Assembly (NCBI GenBank): GCA_963705375.1
Contig: OY970071.1
Coordinates: 600,001-632,000 of the forward strand
Reading direction: 5' to 3'
DNA length: 32,000 bases
Source of the DNA: Candidatus Saccharimonadota bacterium
GTDB taxonomy: Archaea; Micrarchaeota; Micrarchaeia; Micrarchaeales; Micrarchaeaceae
Made by a program: the position numbers and the translations under genes. Each line of letters begins with the position of its first letter. Within the stretch, counting starts at the first letter, position 1. The notes under the pieces were generated by a model that saw nothing but the letters and a program-made list of their open reading frames with translations, searched no databases and had not been told where the DNA came from. This document shows, one piece after another, positions 17,311 to 24,832 of this stretch.

Positions 17311-17393
17311 GTTTAAGTGAGTAACCATTGTAAAAGATAGATACACGTAAGTGTTTAGCGATACGGTCTAACAGTATTTGAATGGTTGAGGCA

Positions 17394-17945
17394 ATGAGAA
17401 GATTACAAATAGGAGTGATGGGATCAGCAGCGGATTTAAAATATTCAAAATCTGCTGAAATGGCAGCGACAAGGCTGGGGGAGTTGATAGCAAAGAACAA
17501 CGGCATACTGATATTCGGCGCAGAAAAGGATGGCGATTCACTTTCAGCTGCTGCTTGCAGGGGTGCAAAAAAGGCAGGAGGGCTCACAGTCGGAATAACA
17601 TATAATAAAGGAAAGGACGTACGGCAGAAAGAAGATGTTGATGTGATAATTCCGTGTGGATTGGAGCGTGGAGGCGGCAGAGAGTTTGTATTGACGCTTG
17701 CCTGCGACGCAATAATAGCAATAAGCGGCGGCTCTGGAACCCTTAATGAAATAGCTGTAGCGTACCAGGCAGACATCCCAATAATAGTGCTTGGCGGGTT
17801 CGGAGGCTGGGCCGAAGAGCTGGCAGATAGATATCTAGACGGCAGGAAACGCAGAAAGGCCATCCTTGCCAAGACACCTGATGAAGCAGCAGGATTGGCG
17901 TTTAAAGAAGCCGGACTTTATGCCAAGAAGTATGATGGTGCATAA
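17394..17945 (+). CDS. TIGR00725-type SLOG/LOG-like Rossmann protein
   Basis: IGVMGSA...GILIFGA...AACRGAKKAGGLTVGI...DVIIPCG...AIIAISGGSGTLNEIAVAY...PIIVLGG follows the LOG/DprA-like (GGxGTxxE) family pattern. GAGG lies upstream of ATG 17394. Confidence 0.8.
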   Translation: MRRLQIGVMGSAADLKYSKSAEMAATRLGELIAKNNGILIFGAEKDGDSLSAAACRGAKKAGGLTVGITYNKGKDVRQKEDVDVIIPCGLERGGGREFVLTLACDAIIAISGGSGTLNEIAVAYQADIPIIVLGGFGGWAEELADRYLDGRKRRKAILAKTPDEAAGLAFKEAGLYAKKYDGA

Positions 17946-18058
17946 ACCAAGTAGTTCTGGAAAGGACTCTTGTAGAGCATTACCGCAGGAACCGAAGTTA
18001 TTGCGACCCATCCATAATAAAAAGATTCTCAGAGAAAATGTAACTACGTTGTGATACA

Positions 18059-19333
18059 GTGCCAGAAATACCCTTCCCACGTGGAGTTAGAGACCTGATG
18101 CCGAATGAGGCACTATTCAGAAATGAGCTGCTTAAGAGTGTAGAGAGCACTTTCCAGCTCTTCGGCTTTTCCGCCATTGATACTCCGGCATTTGAACCGC
18201 TTGCAGTTCTGAATGCGAAAAATGCCATTGGAGAAGATACCAAGTTGATATACGAGCTAAAGGAAGAAAACCTTGGCCTCCGCTACGACCTCACAGTGTC
18301 GCTTGCACGCTACATGGCCATGCACCAAGAATTGCCGATGCCGTTCAAGCGCTACCAGATAGGCAAGGTCTGGCGCAGGGAGGAACCTCAGAAGCTGAGA
18401 TACCGGGAGTTCACGCAGGCAGATGCAGACATAGTCGGCGGAACCAGATCGCTTGCTGATGCAGAAGCGATAGCGGCAGGGGCGTACGCGCTAGAAAGAA
18501 TAGGCATCGATTACGTAATAAAGATAAATGACAGAGCGCTCATGGAGAAGGTGTTTGAAAAGATAGGCGTAGACAAAGAGTTGTTCGTAGGCGCCGCAAG
18601 GGCTATAGACAAACTCGAAAAGGTAGGGGAAGACCGGGTGTCTGAGGCTTTGAGAGGCCTCGGAATAGGCAACGACGCTGTGGATGGCATAACAGAACTG
18701 GCAAGGCTTGGCGGATCGAACACATACAAAATGTCGTACATAGACGAGCTGCTCGGTGATGAAAAAGCCGCGAAGGATTTGAAGGACACACTTCTGGCGC
18801 TTGCACAGTACAGTGTGCATGGCGATGCTATAGTCGACTTCTCTTTGATGAGAGGGCTCGATTACTACACTGGAATCGTGTTCGAAATCAAGGCAAAGAG
18901 CGACCTGATTGGACCATCCATTGCTGGCGGAGGCAGGTACGACAACCTTGTCGGCATATACGCAGGCAAAGCAATGCCAGCTGTCGGAGTTTCTTTAGGA
19001 ATAGAACGGATACTTCAGTTGCTTAATTATTCCTCATCGACAGAGTGCAGCTATGCGAAGGTCTTCGTCGCATACGTCAAGGATAAAAACTACAGCTACG
19101 CATTGAAAGTGGCAAATACGCTAAGAGCAAAGAGCATACCAACTGAGATAAACATATCATCACGTAACCTCGCAAACCAGCTCGCGCATGCAAACAGCTT
19201 GAAGATAAAGTATGTGATAATAATCGGCGATGTCGAGGAAAAGGCCGGAAAGCTAAAGCTGCGCAATCTTGTGAGCGGGGACGAGCAGATTATCGGAGTT
19301 GAAGATGCTGCAAATATGATAAAAGGGGTTTGA
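18059..19333 (+). CDS. hisS: Histidine--tRNA ligase
   Basis: Class II motifs are present: RYREFTQADADIVG and AGGGRYDNLVG. A C-terminal anticodon-binding domain is present. GTG 18059 is preceded by GTGAT 18051-18055 plus 3 nt. Confidence 0.95.
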   Translation: MPEIPFPRGVRDLMPNEALFRNELLKSVESTFQLFGFSAIDTPAFEPLAVLNAKNAIGEDTKLIYELKEENLGLRYDLTVSLARYMAMHQELPMPFKRYQIGKVWRREEPQKLRYREFTQADADIVGGTRSLADAEAIAAGAYALERIGIDYVIKINDRALMEKVFEKIGVDKELFVGAARAIDKLEKVGEDRVSEALRGLGIGNDAVDGITELARLGGSNTYKMSYIDELLGDEKAAKDLKDTLLALAQYSVHGDAIVDFSLMRGLDYYTGIVFEIKAKSDLIGPSIAGGGRYDNLVGIYAGKAMPAVGVSLGIERILQLLNYSSSTECSYAKVFVAYVKDKNYSYALKVANTLRAKSIPTEINISSRNLANQLAHANSLKIKYVIIIGDVEEKAGKLKLRNLVSGDEQIIGVEDAANMIKGV

Positions 19334-19855
19334 ATGGCAAAATCGGATGTTGACGTACTGACAGAAGAGAAGGTTGGAAAGGGCGGAGTCCTCGCTAAGA
19401 TATATTTTGACATGCAGAGCAAGAACAGGGAGGAGATACAGCCGGCGCTTGTGGAGCTCATAAACGAGCATCTGCTAAAGGAGCGTGGAGTGGTCTACTG
19501 CTACGGCGCTGTTGACGAACCCATAGAGCAGGGTGGTGTGTTCATAACCAACGCAATAGTCACGGTGCTCGTTGAGAATTTTTTAACCCTTGTGAACATC
19601 GCTTTCAACTACTCGCCTGCCGGTGTGGAGATAATTAAACCTGATAGAGAGATAAGTTTCAAGCCGTCAGAGCTGCAGTCGATGCTCCTGGACATATCGC
19701 AGATTTCAATCAATTACTCAAGGTACGTGCTTGAGCACGTCCTAACTCCAGAGGATTTGACCAAGATAACTGCACAGCTCGAGAACAGGAAGGTAGTTGG
19801 CAAGCAGCTCATGGAGAAGAAAGAAGAAAATAAAGACGGGCAGGGCAGCAAGTAG
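19334..19855 (+). CDS. Hypothetical protein, 173 aa, translationally coupled to hisS (TGAATG)
   Basis: Complete ORF abutting the hisS stop. No motif recognised. Confidence 0.55.
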   Translation: MAKSDVDVLTEEKVGKGGVLAKIYFDMQSKNREEIQPALVELINEHLLKERGVVYCYGAVDEPIEQGGVFITNAIVTVLVENFLTLVNIAFNYSPAGVEIIKPDREISFKPSELQSMLLDISQISINYSRYVLEHVLTPEDLTKITAQLENRKVVGKQLMEKKEENKDGQGSK

Positions 19856-19868
19856 CGCAGTGCGGCAG

Positions 19869-21326
19869 TCAGTTGCCAGCAGCATACCACACCGTGCCGT
19901 GCTCGGTATCCTCCAACATCACCTTGTAGTCACGCTCCAGTTCTGACCGTACAGCGTCAGCCTTTTCGAAGTCCCTGCTGGCCCTTAGAGCATCTCGTTC
20001 CCTTATTAGGGCGTATGCCCTGCTTGGAATGCCCTTCTTGTACGAATCCTGCGTGAGCAAGCCAACAACATGAGGCAGGCCAACTACAGAGTCCATCACA
20101 GTGTTCTTCGTCTTTGCACCGATGCCTTCCTGCGTGTCTGCAAGTACCCTCAGGGCGTTTATTGCCGTTATAAGATGAGAGAGTGCAAGCGGCGTGTCAA
20201 AGTCGTCATTCATGGCCTTTACAAACCCGTTTGAGAAGCTCTTCGCTATCTTCAGCGCTTCAGAATCTGTATTTTCGTTCTCTACATCTTTCATATTATA
20301 AAACAGGCTGAGCGCAGAATACATGTACCGGAGCGACTTCCTCGCATTATCGATTAGCTCGTCCGTGTAATCAATGCTCTTTCTATAGTGTGTCGAGAAT
20401 ATCATGTAGCGCAGCTCCTCCGCGCTGTGCTTGCTGAGCACATCCCTTATGGTTATGAAGTTTTTCAGGCTCTTGCTCATCTTCTGGCCTTTTATGTTCA
20501 GAACTCCAGAATGCAGCCAGTATTTTACGAACCTGTTTGTACCGAAGGCCGCCTCTGCCTGCGCTATCTCGTTGGAATGGTGAGGGAATATGAGTTCGCT
20601 GGCGCCTCCGTGCAGATCGTACTCAGGTCCGAAAATCGCATAGGTCATTGCAGTGTCTTCTATGTGCCATCCAGGCCTGCCTTCAAGCACCTTCTCGCCG
20701 TCAGGGAATTTGATCGTTATCTTCCAGGATGGCTCATCGGGCTTTGCTGCTTTCCAGAGTGCGAAGTCGTACTCGTGTCTCTTGCCTTCCTTTGGTTCTA
20801 TTCTGTGTTCCTGCAGCATGTCTATGCTCATTCCCGAAAGCTTGGTGTAGTCCTTAAATCTTGCCACATCATAATACACGTCACCGTCAAGATGGTAGGC
20901 GTAGCCATTATCTGCAAGCATCTGTATCTGCTCTTTTATTGTATCGATATAATCGTGCGACCGCGGAAACATGTCTACGGATTCCTTCGCTCCGACCGCA
21001 TGCAGATCTTCCAGGAAACGGGCCTCGTAATGGCGCGCCAGTTCGAAAGGTTTTATCCCGCGCTCTTTTGCCCTGTTTATTATCTTGTCTTCGACATCTG
21101 TTATGTTTTGAATGTACTTTACCTTGTAGCCGAGGTACCTTAGCCATCGCGCCACTATGTCAAAATCGATGTATGTTCTTGCATGGCCTACGTGCGCATC
21201 ATCATACACAGTCTGACCGCAAACGAACATGTTCACGGACTTGTCGTGCAACGGCACGAACTTCTCTTTCGACCTTGAAAGGGTGTTGTAGACAATCAAC
21301 GGCACAAAATCACTATTTTTATTCAA
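19869..21326 (-). CDS. cysS: Cysteine--tRNA ligase
   Basis: HIGH-type HVGHARTY and KMSKS motifs; 485 aa. Confidence 0.95.
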   Translation of the reverse strand: MNKNSDFVPLIVYNTLSRSKEKFVPLHDKSVNMFVCGQTVYDDAHVGHARTYIDFDIVARWLRYLGYKVKYIQNITDVEDKIINRAKERGIKPFELARHYEARFLEDLHAVGAKESVDMFPRSHDYIDTIKEQIQMLADNGYAYHLDGDVYYDVARFKDYTKLSGMSIDMLQEHRIEPKEGKRHEYDFALWKAAKPDEPSWKITIKFPDGEKVLEGRPGWHIEDTAMTYAIFGPEYDLHGGASELIFPHHSNEIAQAEAAFGTNRFVKYWLHSGVLNIKGQKMSKSLKNFITIRDVLSKHSAEELRYMIFSTHYRKSIDYTDELIDNARKSLRYMYSALSLFYNMKDVENENTDSEALKIAKSFSNGFVKAMNDDFDTPLALSHLITAINALRVLADTQEGIGAKTKNTVMDSVVGLPHVVGLLTQDSYKKGIPSRAYALIRERDALRASRDFEKADAVRSELERDYKVMLEDTEHGTVWYAAGN

Positions 21327-21351
21327 TATGACGATTTATTGTATAAAGCAA

Positions 21352-22245
21352 TTATTCTTTATAATTGATTGTGCTTAGATAACGCTCTCCGCGGTCTGGC
21401 AAGACAGTCACTACACACCTATACCTCTTGAGCAGTTCTCTTGCGGCCAGCATGTTCGCCCCAGAGCTTATCCCAACCAGGAGTCCGTGTTTCCTTGCCA
21501 GCTCTTTGGTCATTGCGATTGCATCATCGCCGTTTACAGTGACGACCTCATCGATGATGCTGCGGTGGTCTGCCACCAGTTTTGGGATAAATCCCTCTCC
21601 AATACCTTGTATGCGGTGCGCTCCAGGTTCGCCCCCTGATAGTACGGGGGATTCTGCGGGCTCGACTCCGATTATCCGTACATTGGGATTCGCTTCTTTC
21701 AACGCCTTTGCGATACCAATTAGCGTTCCGCCAGTCCCTATCCCGGCAACGAATGCGTCAACCATACCTTTCGTCTCGTTTATAATCTCCTTACCAGTAC
21801 CCTGCCTGTGCGCTTCTATGTTGTCTTCGTTCTCGAACTGTCTGGGCAACCAGGCGTCAGGGTAGGCCTTGATAAGTTCTTCGTATTTTCTGATAGCGCC
21901 ACCCATGTCTTCACCTGCAGGCGTGAGCACCAGTTCGGCCCCGAACGCTTCCATCATCTTCCTTCTTTCCACACTCATCGATTCGGGCATGACTGCGGTG
22001 AATTTGTACCCCTTTATGGCGGAAATCATGGCGAAAGATATCCCAGTATTCCCGCTTGTTGCCTCTATTATCCTGCTTCCAGGTTTTAGAATGCCTCGTT
22101 CCTCCGCTTTCTTAACCATGTACCAAGCCATACGGTCTTTTATGCTGCCAGTAGGGTTAGTCGTTTCCAGTTTTGCCAGTATCCCATCTATTTGGAGCAT
22201 AGGAGTGTTCCCTACCAAGTCCAGCATGCTATTTTTGACGTTCAT
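21352..22245 (-). CDS. PLP-dependent cysteine synthase family protein (CysK/CysM/CBS-like)
   Basis: NPTGSIKDRMAWYMV contains the PLP-lysine motif, and SGNTGISFA is present. Confidence 0.88.
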   Translation of the reverse strand: MNVKNSMLDLVGNTPMLQIDGILAKLETTNPTGSIKDRMAWYMVKKAEERGILKPGSRIIEATSGNTGISFAMISAIKGYKFTAVMPESMSVERRKMMEAFGAELVLTPAGEDMGGAIRKYEELIKAYPDAWLPRQFENEDNIEAHRQGTGKEIINETKGMVDAFVAGIGTGGTLIGIAKALKEANPNVRIIGVEPAESPVLSGGEPGAHRIQGIGEGFIPKLVADHRSIIDEVVTVNGDDAIAMTKELARKHGLLVGISSGANMLAARELLKRYRCVVTVLPDRGERYLSTINYKE

Positions 22246-22256
22246 GAAATCAACAT

Positions 22257-23177
22257 TTATTCTAAAATGTTTTGACTAAATAAGCCTATACTTAAATACT
22301 TCTCGCCATTATCTGGCAGTACGGCCACCACGATGCCGGCATTGTTCAGCGCAGCCGATTTCTTGAGCGCGACATACAGTATTGCAGCAGAGCTCATACC
22401 CGCAAATAACCCTTCTTCTTTGGCCAGCTTGCCTGCCAGATTGAGAATATCAGGCATAGTCTCACCCCCTATCTCTATTATCTCGTCAAAATATTTATCG
22501 TCGAACAGAGCGGTCGGATTGGACTCTTTAGGGTTTCGTAGGCCGTGTATGCTAACGCCAACCTTCGGAGTCACGCCTATGATCCTTATATCTTTGTTGT
22601 ACTCTTTGACTCGCATGGAAACCCCCACGCCAGTACCTGCTGTGCCGATACCCATCACTATCGTGTTCACTTTTCCATCAGTTTGATCAAGAATTTCTTT
22701 GCCCGTAGTTTCATAATGCGCTTGTATGTTTGCAGGGTCTCCAAACTGGTTTATGTCAACATACTTGTCAGGACTTTCCCTTAAAATTTTCCGCTTAAGT
22801 TCTATGGCTCCGGACGTACCTTGTTCGGCCGGCGAGAGGATAAGTTCTGCCCCGTACGCCCTAATTATTTGTCGTCTTTCCATGCTTGCAGATGCAGGCA
22901 TCACTACTGAAACTTTGTACCCTTTTACTGCGGATATCATTGCAAGCGCTATACCTGTATTGCCCGACGTCGCCTCCAGAATGGTTTTTTCGCCGTTTAA
23001 TCGTCTGGCGGTTTCTGCAGAGTTAATCAGATACAGTGCGGCCCTGTCCTTTATGGAGCCGCCGATGTTGTACCACTCCAGTTTTGCATACAATGTGGCA
23101 CCATCAGGGTTCGCAGACCTTATCTTTATCATCGGCGTTTTCCCTATGAGATCGAGTATGCTGTTTACAACGGCCAT
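22257..23177 (-). CDS. PLP-dependent cysteine synthase family protein, second paralog
   Basis: NIGGSIKDRAALYLI and SGNTGIALA. The start is chosen at ATG 23177 because the minus strand reads GGTGATTGTATG (23186-23175). The ORF-track ATG 23189 is the alternative. Confidence 0.88.
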   Translation of the reverse strand: MAVVNSILDLIGKTPMIKIRSANPDGATLYAKLEWYNIGGSIKDRAALYLINSAETARRLNGEKTILEATSGNTGIALAMISAVKGYKVSVVMPASASMERRQIIRAYGAELILSPAEQGTSGAIELKRKILRESPDKYVDINQFGDPANIQAHYETTGKEILDQTDGKVNTIVMGIGTAGTGVGVSMRVKEYNKDIRIIGVTPKVGVSIHGLRNPKESNPTALFDDKYFDEIIEIGGETMPDILNLAGKLAKEEGLFAGMSSAAILYVALKKSAALNNAGIVVAVLPDNGEKYLSIGLFSQNILE

Positions 23178-23361
23178 ACAATCACCCATTACCCTGAAAA
23201 AGGACTAGAAGGAAACTACTGCGCGTCCTGGCTTGCCCTGCGTTCAATACATATTTGACTCTGTAGAGCATCTGCATTGGCGGGACATCACGTTCACTGC
23301 GGTCACTATGAATATTAAGGTATAAAAAGATACTGTACAGCAAAACGGCTCCTTGTGCACT

Positions 23362-24402
23362 CTATGTGAAGTTGTATGTTATGTTTGATATGATTCCTTG
23401 CTGTTGTAAGGGCCTTGCTGCAAGAACAAAGTCGCCGACGGCTATGAAATGAAGCTCGCTTGATGTGCTTGCAACAACCCTTATGCGTACAGCCTTTCCA
23501 GCAAGATAGCTCAGATCCATAGTCGCATTTCGGAAGGTGGACGCCGCATTAAAATCAAGGGACGTGTTGTATGTGTTGTAGTGCGCAAGTATCTTAGGGG
23601 TGTTGTTCTCTAGCACTTCCAGATAAAGGAATTCGTCGTCAGGACTTATCACCTTGAAGTTCACGAAAGGTTTTGAAGGATTCACTATGAAAGGACTCGA
23701 TGTGATGTTGCCGGGGCCTGTTGAAACACCGCAGTTGAACGTCGTCGCAAAGAATGTGCCATTGTAGCCAAGCCACGGTTCGCCGATATAGCACATCTTT
23801 TTGTTCGCTTGGGTCAGGTTAAGAGGCATGGTGCCGAAGCCTGCATTCGTGACTTTCCATCCTACAAACGTTCCGGTGCCAAAATTTCCATTATAGATAA
23901 AGTTTCTGACTATGGTTGGAGGTGTCGTGGTTTTGTTAAGGGTCAGGGCAGCATTGCCGCAGCTTCCTCCGCCAAGACCGGAGCGCAGAGTTACGTTATA
24001 TATTTGGGCCGGAAGCGATACATTTTCATAAAATGTTTTGCAGGCATAAGTGGAACTCTGATTCACATAAGTAGTGTTGCCTGATGTTATGGTGACGAGC
24101 TCGGCACCAGAATTCCCAGCAGCAACCCACATGCCGATAAGACCGCCGGTCCATCTACATCTCCCTGTCGTGCTGGAATTTTCTGCAGCAAGGTTTAGAT
24201 TGAAATTGCTGCAGCTGACCACGGATTGTGAAAAATTAAATATAGTGGTGCTGCTCGGTTTCGAGGCATTTATTGTTGTGCTATTGGACCCGATCGACGT
24301 GGTCGTGCGTGCAGGTTTTTTGAAATAAGCGTGCACTTCGACGTAAGCAAGCGCACCCATGATGATGAACAATATGATGAAAACAGGAATGCCCTTATTC
24401 AT
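23362..24402 (-). CDS. Secreted/membrane-anchored protein rich in N-glycosylation sequons, 346 aa
   Basis: N-terminal hydrophobic helix IPVFIILFIIMGALAYV. I count at least 15 NxS/T sequons in the translation. No catalytic motif recognised. Confidence 0.65.
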   Translation of the reverse strand: MNKGIPVFIILFIIMGALAYVEVHAYFKKPARTTTSIGSNSTTINASKPSSTTIFNFSQSVVSCSNFNLNLAAENSSTTGRCRWTGGLIGMWVAAGNSGAELVTITSGNTTYVNQSSTYACKTFYENVSLPAQIYNVTLRSGLGGGSCGNAALTLNKTTTPPTIVRNFIYNGNFGTGTFVGWKVTNAGFGTMPLNLTQANKKMCYIGEPWLGYNGTFFATTFNCGVSTGPGNITSSPFIVNPSKPFVNFKVISPDDEFLYLEVLENNTPKILAHYNTYNTSLDFNAASTFRNATMDLSYLAGKAVRIRVVASTSSELHFIAVGDFVLAARPLQQQGIISNITYNFT

Positions 24403-24495
24403 GCAGACTCACGTGGTTATATTAAACAAGCTAGATTAAAGCTTTTCCTTTCTGTGATTTGTTTCGGTTTGATTATACGTTTCGCACTGCACACC

Positions 24496-24504
24496 ATATA
24501 AATA
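24496..24504 (+). promoter_or_regulatory. TATA box for rpl41e
   Basis: ATATAAATA lies 19-27 nt upstream of ATG 24523. Confidence 0.4.
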
Positions 24505-24522
24505 GTTTTGCATGAAGAAATA

Positions 24523-24654
24523 ATGCGTAATGGTGCTTATTTGGGAAGCATACCTAGAAAATGGAAAAAGAAAGGAAGAATGCGCTGGAAGTGGAAGAAG
24601 AAGCGCCGAAAGCGATTGAAGAGAGCTCAGAACCGCAGAGTAGGCAAGCTGTAG
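24523..24654 (+). CDS. rpl41e: Ribosomal protein L41e (small, highly basic), 43 aa
   Basis: Hand-translated as MRNGAYLGSIPRKWKKKGRMRWKWKKKRRKRLKRAQNRRVGKL. The RKWKKKGRMRWKW...RLKR core matches archaeal L41e as I recall it. An ATATAAATA box at 24496-24504 lies ~20-27 nt upstream, suggesting a leaderless transcript. Below the ORF-track size cutoff. Confidence 0.65.
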   Translation: MRNGAYLGSIPRKWKKKGRMRWKWKKKRRKRLKRAQNRRVGKL

Positions 24655-24832
24655 CGTTCTGGGCTTGTTCTGCCTACTTGCATGCATGTGCATGGAAAGC
24701 TGATGAAGGAGAGCGGTAGCGCTCTACTTTACAAGCACCTCTAGCACAGTTCACCTTGTCATAGTTACAATACCGTAAGCTGGACTAAGGCTCTGACAAA
24801 GCATAAAATATACGTAAGCTAGGCCGTGCAGC

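Noticed and set aside
17294-17872. Minus-strand ORF of 192 aa.
   Set aside because: Antisense to the TIGR00725 gene. Its A/S/P-rich translation shows no motif.
20388-21331. Plus-strand ORFs 20388-21143 (251 aa) and 20861-21331 (156 aa).
   Set aside because: Antisense to cysS, which has unambiguous HIGH and KMSKS motifs.
24691-24797. CTGATGA (about 24693) and CTGA (about 24793) considered as the C and D boxes of an sRNA in the rpl41e-secY spacer.
   Set aside because: The boxes are ~100 nt apart and there are no internal C'/D' boxes. Archaeal C/D sRNAs are ~50-60 nt.
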